Shown piece by piece: positions 24,837 through 34,972 of a stretch of 56,876 bases of DNA; the stretch's first letter is position 1; the number at the start of each line of letters is the position of its first letter. The notes under the pieces are model-generated. The model was not told the origin of the DNA and searched no databases. It saw only the letters and a list, made by a program, of their open reading frames with translations. A program made the position numbers and the translations under genes. Where the stretch lies: the IMG/VR virus record IMGVR_UViG_3300022179_001846, positions 1 through 56,876 of that record; one strand, 5' to 3'. Source of the DNA: a virus (taxonomy: Duplodnaviria; Caudoviricetes).

Positions 24837-27800
24837 CTAGTCTTTCCAGTTTGCGGGTTGAGGCCCATATATCGCGCTTGCTTGAATTGGCCGTTACCGA
24901 CGGGGACCATGTACATCTGGCCCTCGGTGAGTTTCGACGGGATCGGTTTACCCTGCCGGTCGAGGGCGTCGTTGATATCGCCCAGCACGGCCGTGTTCTT
25001 GTACGTCTCTCCGATCCTCTTGATGAGGTCGGCCTCGTTCTTCGCGCCCCATTCCTGCGCCGCGCCGCCGCGGTCGATGTGGGCGCCGTAGCGTTGCATC
25101 TGGTCGTACAGCCACTTGTCGCGTTCCTTCGTCCATTCAGCCTTGGCCTTGAGCTGGGCGATGATGGCCTTGTTCGTGTTTGGCGGCAGATCGGGGTAGG
25201 CCGAGGCGTCGATCTGCGTGCCGAGTTGCATGTCGGTGCGCGTACCTGAGGAGCCGAAGCTGTCGTTGATCAGCTTGTAGGCGTCCTTGCGCGCCTTGTA
25301 GTACGCTTCGGGGTTCGACAGCATGGTCCGCACGTCAACGCCGGCGAGCTGCGCGATCAGCGAAGTGTACTTGTTGATCGTGCCAGCGGCAGGGCCCGAT
25401 TGCACTTCCTGAAGCGCCCTCGTCAACTCATCGATAGTGGCCAGTTGCGACGTGTGTTGCGTCTGCCGGGGTTCGTACGTGTTTCGCCATTTCGTGTTGT
25501 CGTCGACGCGCTCTACTTCCGAGCGCGCGTCGGACCAACCGGGCAGTGTCATGACGCCATTCTTCGTCGGCACCTTGCCAACGTCGAGCATCGTCGTCTG
25601 AATGCGATTGGCTTTTTCAAGCAGATCCTTGACGATTTGCCCGTTCGGGTCCGTCTGCGCCGCCTGCGCCGCGCGCTGACGCAGTACGTCGGGATCCTGC
25701 ATCGGGTCGATGTTCTGCTTGATCAACGCCCTCTGCTGGTCTGTCGTCTGCGCTCGCCGCGCCCACATCGGGATGTCCGACTGATCGCTCGCGGGTGCCG
25801 GCTGGCCGCCTACAGGCGTAGGCGGGCCGCCGCCGGGCGCGGCCGTCGGAGCGCCGCTGGCAGGCGCGGCCGTCGGAGCACCGCCGCCGGGCGCGGCCGT
25901 CGGAGCGCCGCTGGCAGGCGCGGCCGTCGGAGCACCGCCGCCACTACCCCCGCCGGTAAGCAGTTCAGCCGCCTCCTCCGGACTCTTGACGTATTTCCCA
26001 ATCAACCTGTTGATCTGACGCGAGAGGTTTTGGTACTGCTTCTGCAAGGGGTCAAGATCGACCCCCGGCACACCCTGCGAATTGGCGATCCGCGCGCCTA
26101 GATCAGTGTAGACGCCGTAAAGCTGGCGCGCGGCCGCGATGTCAGCGTTTTGCTGTTGAATATCGAGACCCTGCTGCTTGAAGCTGGCCCCCAATCCCGT
26201 CTGCGCGCCTTCGGCGAGGCCCTGACCGATGGCGACGCCAAGGTACGGCGACGGCGACGCGAGCATCTTGCCGATGCCGCTGACGGCCGGGAGCAGCCAG
26301 TTCTGATTGCGGCCCATCCAGTCGCCGGTGCGGGTAAAGAAATCGCGATCTTCCGGCGGCTTCGAGGAGCCCCCCGGCGCGCCCACAGGCGGCGCCAATC
26401 CCGCAGCGGTCTGCGCCTGCGGTGCCGTGCTGGGGCCCCCTGCTACGACGGGCGTAACGGCGGGCGGGTTGTTGCCGCCGACCGTGGCCACGTTGCGAGA
26501 GGCGAGCGGAGGCGCGACGGCAGGCGCTGAACCCGGCGGGTTGTAGCCGCTAAGATCGCGGTCATCGCGTGTGCGCTCTGCGGGGGAAACGCTTCTCGGA
26601 GGAATAGGAATGCTGGTCGGCGCAGGCATAGGAGAGCTGCCGCGTGCTTCAGCGTCGAGCGACGCCTTGACGTGGGGCTCAAGGGCAGGCGGCAGCTGAT
26701 GCTGCGGCAAGTTCATGCCGCCGAGGCCGCTGGGCCGTGCGAACGGCGCGCTGCGAACACCCCTCTGCAGCTCTTCCTCTGAGATACTCGGCACCACCGG
26801 CTGCGCCGCCGCGAGTTCCGCTTCCACCGCGCCGTCTGTCTGGTAGCCGTGGCGGGGCACGAGGCCGCCCGCCGCAAACCGGATAGGCATCTCGAAGTCG
26901 TTGAACATCTCGAAGTCGTCGTTCGCGTCGACAGGCGGCGGCGCTTCGACTTCAGCATCGTGAAGCGGCGGCGCGATGCCTGCGCTGCGCTGCGGCGGTG
27001 CCTCGGTGCGCATGTGCGCCTCGGCCGGCGGCGCGCCGCCGATGACCTTGCGGACGTAGTCTTCGGTCGACATGTTGGCGTCGCGCCGACCCTGACGACG
27101 CGCCTCGGCCAACGGAAGGTTGCTGTGCCACATCGAGGCGGCATCGGCGAGGTTGCCGTGCTGGTCGAGGAACTTGCCGAAGCGATGCTCGAAGACGCGC
27201 TCCTGCGCCTCCGGGCTCTTCAGGAATTCGGCGGGCGTCATGCGTCGTCCGAGGGCTTCCTCGGTCCAGCTCGGAATGTTGTTCGGCATCACCTGATATT
27301 TGCCGTGCGCGCGACCCTGCCCCGGCACGTCATGTTCGCCAAGAATGTCGTACCGGCCGCCGCTCTCGACGCGCGAGATCAGACGCTTGGCGTGCTCGAT
27401 GTCGGCCGCACCACCTCGGGCCAAGAAGCTCGAAGCGCCACCAAGGACACCACCGGCTAGCGCGCCCCACGGCCCAAACGTAGCCCCTGCCGACGCGCCA
27501 GACATCGCGCCCTTGAGCGCGCCCCCCGCGGGATCTTTCTTCTGGCCGCCGCCCTTATCGCTCATGTCGAGCTTGTGCCCGATCTTCTGGTCCTGCGACT
27601 TCATCGGGTCATCAGCGATATCTTCAATTATCGATTTGTCGTCACCGCCGGAATACGGAAGCGCCGGGTTGCTGCCCGTCAGACCGCCGCCTTCGTAGCC
27701 AATGCGGCCGCCGCGTGCGGCAAACATTGACATGCCTTCACCGAGGTCCGCGATGTCTTCCGTCGGCAACGCATCAAGCGACGCTACCGCGGTTTCGGGC

Positions 27801-29803
27801 GCAAGCCCGGATCCTGCGTCGGCAACCCGCGTCGGGGTGGCGGCACCGAGCCCGCTCGTCTGCGCTGGCGGTGCGCTCGTCTGCGCCGGCGCAGGCAGGT
27901 CGGTACTCGTGATCTTGTTGCCGCCAGTCGTAGCGCCGTCAGGCGACACGCCGCTAGGCTGACGGTCAAGCTGCTTCTGGGCCCATTTGTAAACGTCTTG
28001 GCCGCCCTTGTAGACATCCTCGCCAGTTCTGTAGGCCCCGACGGCATCCTTGACGCCGCCTATGGCCTGCGACAGGCCCGTGGACTGCTGTTGCTGCGGC
28101 AAGGACGGAAGCGAACCCTTGAGGAGGGGCGACGCTTTGGCGACACCCGGCGACCACGCTCCCGGCTTGTGGGGCAGTTTGCCGTTCGCGCCATGCGGCG
28201 TCGTCCCGCCCATGGGGTTGACCAACGACTGCAAGAGCTGTTGCGTGTAGGCGTCGACGCCCGGCGTCACTGCCCCCGCCGTGGCAAACGCGCGACGGGG
28301 CGCGAGCCCGCGCAGCATCTCGTCCACCTCCGGGTTCGCGCCCGGCACCGGGGTGCCGCCGCTCGCGAAGCCGAGGCCCGCCATGCTGGGATGCACGGCG
28401 CCGCCCTCCGACGACGGCATCAGGCCGCCGCCGTAGGCGCGCTCGGCGTGCTGGGTCGCCATGTCGTAGTCGACGGCCTTGATGCCCTCGGGCGTCTCGC
28501 TGACAGCCTCCGGGTGGTGCTTTTCGACGTCCTGCGCCGAGAGGCCGATTTGCGGCTGGTTCGAGCCCTTGTACTTGAACTTGATGATCTTCTGGCCGTC
28601 GTGGGTGCGGCCGATTTCGGTGATGTCTTCCTTGACGCGCTCGTCCGAGAAGAACGGCGTCGGCTGCCCGGTGACGCCGGATGTCGTGCTGCCGTAGAGC
28701 GGCCCGGTGCCCATCGCGATGTTCGCGAGGAACTGGGCGACCTGAAACGGGTACCCCTGCTGCTGCTGGTACTGGTTGTAGAGGGCCGCATTGAGCTGCT
28801 GCTGGGTCTGCTGCTCCAGCGTGCCGGCGCCAAGCAGCGCCTGACCGCTCGCCAGACCCGTCTGCGTGCCCATCTGGCCCAATCCGGCGAGGCTCTGCGA
28901 CACACCCTGCCCATAGCCGAGGAGGCCCTGCCCGAGGCCCTGCTGGGCCTGCGCAGCCGCCATGGGCTGCTGGAAGGCCTGCTGCCCGATCTGGAGGAGC
29001 TGGGGCGAGAGCTGCTGCATCGCGGCCCGGTTGGCCTGCTCGGCCCCGAGGCCTACGCCCTGCTGCTGCTGGGCCGCCTGCAGGGCCTGCCCGTAGCCTT
29101 GCGACAGGAGGCCCCCCTGAGCCTGCTGCGCCGCCAGACCCTGCTGGCGGGCCAGATTTGCGGCCGCAATCGAGCCTCTGTCGCCGCCGAAGGCGCCGCG
29201 CATGGCCTGTGAGCCCATGAGCTGGCTCTGCTGCTGCTGCTGCTGCTGGTACAGACCCTGCATCGTCGGTGCAACTACCGACTGCAGGTAGGGGTCCATG
29301 TACCGCCCGATGTCGAGCTGCCCCGGGTTCACCGACTGCGCACCGGCCAGCCCCGCCATCGTGGCCGCGCCCGTGTAGGGAGCCCCCGCCGCCTGCGCCG
29401 CGCCGATGTTCTGCCCCGCCTGCCCGTAGTAGGGGAGGGCCGCCTCGGCGGATCCTGTCAGGGCCGTCGTCGCCGCCTGCTGGTAGGGCTGGTAGCCCTG
29501 CCCCGCGTTGGCAATCTGGGCGGTGCCGGCCTGCTGAGTGGCCGTCAGCGGCGCGACGAACTGGCCCTGATACGGCTGGAACGGCTGCTGCGCGACCTGC
29601 TCAGCGCGGGCGTTGACGGCGTTGTAGCGCGCCTGAACTTCCGGTGGAATTGTCGTCGTCTGCTGCTGGTAGGTCGTGCCGCCCGAGCCGCCCTTGCCGC
29701 CACCGAACGCAAGATGCCGCCGCGCAACCGGCGGGGCTCCGTCGCGGCCCATGAAGTCCTCGAAGGGGGCCCCGTCGTTCCATATCTTGCGTTCAGAGAA
29801 CAT
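24827..29803 (-). CDS. Large DNA ejection protein with internal peptidase S74 chaperone and lysozyme-like domain
   Basis: Q/G-rich N-terminus; SDERVKEDI...IGLSAQDVE..PEAV...VDY (S74); ISRVESGGRY...GKYQVM (transglycosylase-like). Confidence 0.78.
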   Translation of the reverse strand: MFSERKIWNDGAPFEDFMGRDGAPPVARRHLAFGGGKGGSGGTTYQQQTTTIPPEVQARYNAVNARAEQVAQQPFQPYQGQFVAPLTATQQAGTAQIANAGQGYQPYQQAATTALTGSAEAALPYYGQAGQNIGAAQAAGAPYTGAATMAGLAGAQSVNPGQLDIGRYMDPYLQSVVAPTMQGLYQQQQQQQSQLMGSQAMRGAFGGDRGSIAAANLARQQGLAAQQAQGGLLSQGYGQALQAAQQQQGVGLGAEQANRAAMQQLSPQLLQIGQQAFQQPMAAAQAQQGLGQGLLGYGQGVSQSLAGLGQMGTQTGLASGQALLGAGTLEQQTQQQLNAALYNQYQQQQGYPFQVAQFLANIAMGTGPLYGSTTSGVTGQPTPFFSDERVKEDITEIGRTHDGQKIIKFKYKGSNQPQIGLSAQDVEKHHPEAVSETPEGIKAVDYDMATQHAERAYGGGLMPSSEGGAVHPSMAGLGFASGGTPVPGANPEVDEMLRGLAPRRAFATAGAVTPGVDAYTQQLLQSLVNPMGGTTPHGANGKLPHKPGAWSPGVAKASPLLKGSLPSLPQQQQSTGLSQAIGGVKDAVGAYRTGEDVYKGGQDVYKWAQKQLDRQPSGVSPDGATTGGNKITSTDLPAPAQTSAPPAQTSGLGAATPTRVADAGSGLAPETAVASLDALPTEDIADLGEGMSMFAARGGRIGYEGGGLTGSNPALPYSGGDDKSIIEDIADDPMKSQDQKIGHKLDMSDKGGGQKKDPAGGALKGAMSGASAGATFGPWGALAGGVLGGASSFLARGGAADIEHAKRLISRVESGGRYDILGEHDVPGQGRAHGKYQVMPNNIPSWTEEALGRRMTPAEFLKSPEAQERVFEHRFGKFLDQHGNLADAASMWHSNLPLAEARRQGRRDANMSTEDYVRKVIGGAPPAEAHMRTEAPPQRSAGIAPPLHDAEVEAPPPVDANDDFEMFNDFEMPIRFAAGGLVPRHGYQTDGAVEAELAAAQPVVPSISEEELQRGVRSAPFARPSGLGGMNLPQHQLPPALEPHVKASLDAEARGSSPMPAPTSIPIPPRSVSPAERTRDDRDLSGYNPPGSAPAVAPPLASRNVATVGGNNPPAVTPVVAGGPSTAPQAQTAAGLAPPVGAPGGSSKPPEDRDFFTRTGDWMGRNQNWLLPAVSGIGKMLASPSPYLGVAIGQGLAEGAQTGLGASFKQQGLDIQQQNADIAAARQLYGVYTDLGARIANSQGVPGVDLDPLQKQYQNLSRQINRLIGKYVKSPEEAAELLTGGGSGGGAPTAAPASGAPTAAPGGGAPTAAPASGAPTAAPGGGPPTPVGGQPAPASDQSDIPMWARRAQTTDQQRALIKQNIDPMQDPDVLRQRAAQAAQTDPNGQIVKDLLEKANRIQTTMLDVGKVPTKNGVMTLPGWSDARSEVERVDDNTKWRNTYEPRQTQHTSQLATIDELTRALQEVQSGPAAGTINKYTSLIAQLAGVDVRTMLSNPEAYYKARKDAYKLINDSFGSSGTRTDMQLGTQIDASAYPDLPPNTNKAIIAQLKAKAEWTKERDKWLYDQMQRYGAHIDRGGAAQEWGAKNEADLIKRIGETYKNTAVLGDINDALDRQGKPIPSKLTEGQMYMVPVGNGQFKQARYMGLNPQTGKTRWE
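25827..25942. repeat. Coding tandem repeat, 27-bp units (54-bp period), APTAAPASG/APTAAPGGG
   Basis: Four copies of GCGCGGCCGTCGGAGC. Confidence 0.85.
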
Positions 29804-30360
29804 CAGTGTTCAGCCTTGTTGGTGCCGCCCGGCGGCAGTTTGTTGGTCACCCCGGTCTCGGCCCCGCACAACCAATAGGCACCGGAGGGCTTCCCGAAGA
29901 TGCGCTCGTAGAGCCGCACCTTCCCTTCCGTCCGGCTGTTTGAGAGGATGCCAATCATCAAGGGCATCTCAAGCTTCGCCGCGGCCGCCTTGGCGAACTC
30001 GCACAGCTTGCGCGCGCGGCCGCCCTTGGCGCTGCGATACTCCGGGTGGACGAACACGCCGCGCTCCTCGAGCACGATCTGGTCGCTGTACCAGAGCTTG
30101 CAGGTGCGGAGCAGGATGCCGCCCTCGAAGTGGTCGGCGCCGGGAGCCCCGATCACGCCGCAGATGCCGCCGTCGCGGTTGAGCGCGGGCCACACTTCGG
30201 CGAGGAGCTTCTGCGGGTCAGGCTGTACAAAACCATTCTCCTCGCTGCCTTGCAGGCAGAGGTCCATAAATTGGTGAACGTCTTCGGGTGTGCCGACGCG
30301 CACTCTGATGTCGGTCATCTGCTTCTCCTCAAGCATTGACGGGGTTGAGGGGGTACTCAT
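29803..30360 (-). CDS. GNAT-like acetyltransferase
   Basis: VFVHPEYRSAKGGRARKLCEFAK acetyl-CoA-binding-like motif; start could be at MTDIRV. Confidence 0.7.
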   Translation of the reverse strand: MSTPSTPSMLEEKQMTDIRVRVGTPEDVHQFMDLCLQGSEENGFVQPDPQKLLAEVWPALNRDGGICGVIGAPGADHFEGGILLRTCKLWYSDQIVLEERGVFVHPEYRSAKGGRARKLCEFAKAAAAKLEMPLMIGILSNSRTEGKVRLYERIFGKPSGAYWLCGAETGVTNKLPPGGTNKAEH

Positions 30361-30980
30361 TAATCTTTCTTCGGCCCGGGTAGGCTTTCGAGCGTCTTGA
30401 TGGTCTTTGCCCGGAACTTCTTCACGAATTCGTCGAGGATCCGGTGCCCGTCGTCGAGCGAGCCCTTGCCGAGCCGCACGACGTCCTCCGGGTGGATTAC
30501 GTACTCGCCGCCGGCGGCGACGATGGGGACCGTCGCGCTGCCGCCCTCTGCCTTGCCCGGCATCGGCGCGTTGTAGGGCAGCACGTCCTCGACGTAGGGT
30601 TGGTCGCCTTGGGCGTCGTAAGGCTCGCCAGACTGGCCGTAGGGCGCCCCCGCGCCCGCCTTCGAGGCGTCGTAGAAGGGTGAGGTGAAGATCGACTTGG
30701 CGACCTTGAAGCCCGCCGTCGTGTTGCCCTCGCCCATGGCCGAGATGATGTCGGCCGGGATCACGTAGGCCCCGGAGGGGACGTGCATTGGGAGATGGTC
30801 CGTTCTCCCCGCGACGGCGCTGTGGATCGCGCCGGTGTGAACCTTGCCGCCGGTGGCGCGCGTCTTGCGCGCCGTGTTCAGGGCGGCGGCGATGGCCTGC
30901 TCGCGCGGGCGCCCTGACGAGAGCATCTCGCGGATGTTCGCGCTGATCGTGGCCTGCGAGGAACCGCGCTTCAAGGGCAC
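30360..30980 (-). CDS. Virion-associated protein with xxGG...G(A/E)YVI repeat domain
   Basis: RATGGKV..GRTDHLPMHVPSGAYVIPADII and KAEGG...GGEYVIHPEDV. Confidence 0.75.
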   Translation of the reverse strand: MPLKRGSSQATISANIREMLSSGRPREQAIAAALNTARKTRATGGKVHTGAIHSAVAGRTDHLPMHVPSGAYVIPADIISAMGEGNTTAGFKVAKSIFTSPFYDASKAGAGAPYGQSGEPYDAQGDQPYVEDVLPYNAPMPGKAEGGSATVPIVAAGGEYVIHPEDVVRLGKGSLDDGHRILDEFVKKFRAKTIKTLESLPGPKKD

Positions 30981-31044
30981 TTAAATACTCCGGGTAACAG
31001 GCTACTATACCGCGCCTTGCGAAGCCCCCAAAGATGTCACCGTG

Positions 31045-31515
31045 TCAGGACACTTGAACTACTGACACGATGATCGAAGGGACGCTTGGTTGAACCGGCG
31101 GTCCCACGGCCGCCGCCGTAGCGTAAACGCCGACCGGCGTGGCGGTGCCCGCCATCCACAATTCGTAATAGTCGCCCGCCGTCGTGCATTCGAGGTTTAT
31201 GACTACGGCGAGAATAGTGGGTTCGCCGTTCAAGCAAATGACTTTTGTGTTGCTGGCCGCGACGTCGGAGCCGTTTTTACGAAACCAGATCGAGCAGCTT
31301 TTGTTTGCCGCTGTCGCCTGCACCACGGCCGACACCGAGAACAGGTAGGTGCCGATGGCCGGCAACGTAATGCGCGAAGTGGTGACCAGCGTGATGCCGT
31401 CGGCGGCGCCCGTCGTGTTGAACGCAATGACTTGCGCCGTGTTGGTCGCCGCGATGGTCTGCGTCGCGGTGTCGTAGACCGTGATGTGGGGCGTGGGCGG
31501 AAGGCGGTATGTCAT
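31045..31515 (-). CDS. Beta-rich (C1q/jelly-roll-like) virion protein
   Basis: IAFNTT...GTYLFSVS...GDYYELW; TGATG coupling. Confidence 0.65.
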   Translation of the reverse strand: MTYRLPPTPHITVYDTATQTIAATNTAQVIAFNTTGAADGITLVTTSRITLPAIGTYLFSVSAVVQATAANKSCSIWFRKNGSDVAASNTKVICLNGEPTILAVVINLECTTAGDYYELWMAGTATPVGVYATAAAVGPPVQPSVPSIIVSVVQVS

Positions 31516-31904
31516 CAGATGATCCGCCACCCGGTATTGGTTGAGATCATCGAGATGCTCTGATACTGCACGACTAGGAGCTGCGTTGCTGCGCCGTCGA
31601 TGAATTCGCCGCCGGCGGCTGCTACGGTGATGACGCCGGTGCCGCTGTTCTTCACGGTGTATATCTGGCCCTGCGCCCCCGCCGCTGTGGGCAGCGTCAC
31701 GGTGAACGTGTTGGCCGTGCAGTCGACGACGCAGTCGTTCGCAGCGACCGTGTAGGTGCCGCTGACCGGCGTGTACTTGACCTTCAGGGCGGCGCCGAGC
31801 GCGGGCTGGATCAACGTCAGGAAGTCGCCCATCAGGCGCTGGATGCCGTTGACGGCAACGACACCGTTCTTCTGGACCGTAATGACGTCGTCAAGCGAGG
31901 CCAT
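31515..31904 (-). CDS. Small tail protein
   Basis: TVTLPTAAG..GQIYTVKNSGTG..IDG motif common in tail fiber domains. Confidence 0.7.
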   Translation of the reverse strand: MASLDDVITVQKNGVVAVNGIQRLMGDFLTLIQPALGAALKVKYTPVSGTYTVAANDCVVDCTANTFTVTLPTAAGAQGQIYTVKNSGTGVITVAAAGGEFIDGAATQLLVVQYQSISMISTNTGWRII

Positions 31905-34234
31905 TAGAACTTTCCTGCCGGTGTGATGCGGTAGCGGGGGGCGCCGATGCGCCAGAACGTGTCGACATCGTTGCTCTCAAACTTGATCGACACCAGCCGC
32001 CCGCGCAGTCGGGGGGTGATGTACTGGGTCGCCTGTGTCAGCGTGTAGGGGCCGTGGACGCGCGGCGTCTGGCTGGGATAGTCGGCGACGTAGAATGTCA
32101 TCAGGAGCGAGGCGTTCTGGGCGCCGTTGTAGTAGCCCCACTTGAAGTCGGGCCAGACCTGATCAATGAACGAGAGCAGGTCGCCGTCCTGCAGCGTGAA
32201 GTACCCCGTCTGGAAACTGGCCGCCAGCGGCTGGCCGTCGGCGTTCGGCGACGTCTCGTGCTGGAAGATGAGGCCCGTCGGGGCTCCGCCGATGGGCGGC
32301 CCCAGTACCGACTGGTTGATCCACGCCGTGCGCGAGAGGTAGCCGTAGTCCCAGCTGCTGGTGCCCGCAGAGTACTTCACGTAAGCGTCGATCTCGCCGC
32401 CGCCCGCAGTCGTCGGGAAGAACCACGAGATTTCGTTGAACCGCGAGTTGGGCGCGCAGCGGATCTTGTCGACGTTCGCCGTGTCGAGCTGCTGGAACAC
32501 GAAGTCCCACACGGTGCAGGGGAGGTCGCGCACGCCGTCGCTGTAGATGTAGAACTGCGACGGGCCCATCCAGAACGTGACGTTGTTCAGGAAGCCGAAC
32601 GCCTTCTTGGCGATCAGGCCGCAACCCGTCGCCAGCTCGTTGAAATTATAGACGTCGGGCAGGTTGACGTACTGCATCGCCCAGAGCGCGAGGTCCGTCC
32701 AGAGCAGGCCCTGCTGCGGCCCCTGCGCGCCGCCAATGATGCGGCTACCCTTGGTCAGGCGGTATGAGCCCGCCTGATTGACGGGTGTGGCGATCCACGA
32801 GTTGAAATTGTTGAGGTCGCACCACCGGATCAGCAGGTGATCCTGCACGCCCGTGAACGTCGAGGCGAGCGCCACGATCTGGCGCTGCGGCATCGCGAGG
32901 AAGACGCTGTGGTTCGTGATAGGCGCCTGCGGGATGATCTGGGCATTCTGCAGGCCTGTCGCGGGGCCCCACTGAAATATCGGGCCGCCGGGGTCGGCGT
33001 CTACGGTCTGCGTCGGCGCCCCGTCGGGGGAGGCGATCAGGATTTCGCCCCAGTTATCCAGCGACCAGTCGTCGGCGGTAATGGGAAAGCCCACGGCAGC
33101 CGAGGGTGTAGTCCCGGTCGAGTAGCCGCCGACGGAGTACCCGCCGGTCGAGTATCCCCCTCCCGGGGGAAGCGGCCCGTAGCTGATGTAGTAGACGTAG
33201 CGGGCGTCGCCGCCGTTGATTGACACGGTTTCAGTAGTCACCGGGTCTTGGGGCGCCTGAATTGTGAACGTGTCGACGGTTGGCACCGTCAGTACGGTGT
33301 AGTCCCCCTCCAGCGTCGTGCTGCCGACCACCGTCTCTATGAGGATGGGGTAGGTATCCCCGACTGCGTACCCGTGGTCGTTCAGCGTGACCGTGACGAT
33401 GGATGTCCCGGCCGTTGAGTCGAATACGGCGACGTCGCCGCCGTTGGTGACATTGGCGGTGGCGAGCGCGGGATCGCCCAGCACGTCCGTCGCCGCGATC
33501 TGGTACGTGGTGGAAGACGCCGCGATGCATGGGTAGACCCCGAACAGGATCAAGCCGCCGACGCTGATGTGCGCGGGGATGAACACCGCGTCGTAGCCAG
33601 TGATATTGCTGCCGCCGCTGCCGACGGTGCCCGCAACAGTCTGCACCCCGGTCGTGGCGTTGGCGTAAGACACCGAGCCGGCACTGGAGGCCGTCACGGT
33701 CGCGGTGGCGTTGTAGCCTCCCGGCGTCACGCCCGCGACGACGACCGTCGCGCCGACGGGGAAGACATACGTCCCCGCGTAGGTGATCGTGGCGGTGGTA
33801 CCGTCGCCCGAGGCGCCTGTCGTGGCGGCGCTGAAGCCGGGGTCGGCTATGGTGACGATGTCGCTCCCGAGTGTCGTCGTGCAGTCGACCGCAGTGTTCT
33901 GGACGTAGTACTGCGGGGTGATCGCCTGCAGCACACCCCCGTCGACGTCGTAGACGTACAGCGGCGCGCCGACTGCCGGCGTCGACACTGACGTCTCGCA
34001 CCCGATGGCGAGGTAGTCGTTGGCGAGGTTGTCGCGCCAAGCCCACAAGGCCCTCGGCACGGCAGGCACCGCAGTGGGGTAGAAGCGCGTCCAGCCCCCG
34101 AGCTTCTGCACGAGGCCGAGGTTCTCCCGGTCGCGCATGAAGCGGATTAGTTGGGTCTGGTTGATCGCGGCCTCGTTCAGCGCGGGCGTGCGCTGCGTGT
34201 CGACCGTGGGGATCAGCTTCAGGCTGGCGTGCAT
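31904..34234 (-). CDS. Tail stabilization / nozzle protein (P22 gp10-like) with inserted beta domains
   Basis: WSLDNWGE, IRWCD, WTDLALW, NEISWFFP, RLRGR; two Thr-rich insertions. Confidence 0.72.
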   Translation of the reverse strand: MHASLKLIPTVDTQRTPALNEAAINQTQLIRFMRDRENLGLVQKLGGWTRFYPTAVPAVPRALWAWRDNLANDYLAIGCETSVSTPAVGAPLYVYDVDGGVLQAITPQYYVQNTAVDCTTTLGSDIVTIADPGFSAATTGASGDGTTATITYAGTYVFPVGATVVVAGVTPGGYNATATVTASSAGSVSYANATTGVQTVAGTVGSGGSNITGYDAVFIPAHISVGGLILFGVYPCIAASSTTYQIAATDVLGDPALATANVTNGGDVAVFDSTAGTSIVTVTLNDHGYAVGDTYPILIETVVGSTTLEGDYTVLTVPTVDTFTIQAPQDPVTTETVSINGGDARYVYYISYGPLPPGGGYSTGGYSVGGYSTGTTPSAAVGFPITADDWSLDNWGEILIASPDGAPTQTVDADPGGPIFQWGPATGLQNAQIIPQAPITNHSVFLAMPQRQIVALASTFTGVQDHLLIRWCDLNNFNSWIATPVNQAGSYRLTKGSRIIGGAQGPQQGLLWTDLALWAMQYVNLPDVYNFNELATGCGLIAKKAFGFLNNVTFWMGPSQFYIYSDGVRDLPCTVWDFVFQQLDTANVDKIRCAPNSRFNEISWFFPTTAGGGEIDAYVKYSAGTSSWDYGYLSRTAWINQSVLGPPIGGAPTGLIFQHETSPNADGQPLAASFQTGYFTLQDGDLLSFIDQVWPDFKWGYYNGAQNASLLMTFYVADYPSQTPRVHGPYTLTQATQYITPRLRGRLVSIKFESNDVDTFWRIGAPRYRITPAGKF

Positions 34235-34237
34235 CGA

Positions 34238-34963
34238 CTACCCTCGCGTCGGCGTCGCGGCAACCGCCGGTGACATCGAAGACCACGCGCCCGCTTCAAA
34301 TTTCTTTCTGAACTCTTCAACCAGCGCGCTCTTCAGCAGGGTCTGGTACTGCGTCTCGTAGTTGATGGGCATGCCGGCATCGTTCGGCTGGCTGGCGCCG
34401 AGGGCGAAGTCGCGCTGATAACCGCTGATGAAGACCATTGAGGCCATCAGGAACAGGTCGGGCAGGTACGTGCTGATGAATGTCGTCACGTTCGATACCG
34501 AGAGCGAGTCAGGGCGAACGGTGCCGACGATCTCCACGCTGTAGTTGGCGTTCGGCCACGGCGCGATCAGAGCCGTGTTCTGGTTCAGCATCGCCATCCA
34601 CTGCGGGACGCCTGTCGCGCTGGGGGAGGCGTAGACCGTGTCCATCCAGACTTTGGTCGTCGGCAGCAGGTTGACGCGCGTCCCCGCGTCGGGGTTCGCG
34701 GTGCCGACGGGGGTGATGACGTTGATCTCCTGCACCGTCACGAACTGGGAAATCGGCCATGTGATCTGGCGGCTGCCGGTCGCGCACGCGAACCCGGAGG
34801 CCGCGGTGACGGTCGTCAGCAGGTCGAGGTCGCGGTAGATGCGGTTCTCGGCGTAGGTGATGCACTGCGGCAGGTTGGCGACGAAGTTGACGTCCGCCGG
34901 ATCCACCACCGCGAGGTTGGCCAGCTCGGTGACGAACGTGGCGTAGGTCAGTCCGGTCGTCAT
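34238..34963 (-). CDS. Head-tail adaptor-like virion protein
   Basis: AENRIYRDL, APWPNANY, YLPDLFLMA; position upstream of the nozzle gene. Confidence 0.65.
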   Translation of the reverse strand: MTTGLTYATFVTELANLAVVDPADVNFVANLPQCITYAENRIYRDLDLLTTVTAASGFACATGSRQITWPISQFVTVQEINVITPVGTANPDAGTRVNLLPTTKVWMDTVYASPSATGVPQWMAMLNQNTALIAPWPNANYSVEIVGTVRPDSLSVSNVTTFISTYLPDLFLMASMVFISGYQRDFALGASQPNDAGMPINYETQYQTLLKSALVEEFRKKFEAGAWSSMSPAVAATPTRG

Positions 34964-34972
34964 TTCAGCCCC

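Noticed and set aside
30981-31044. Shared late-promoter consensus (compared with 44415-44430 and 55810-55830)
   Set aside because: Only loose AT-rich -10-like similarity; no convincing consensus
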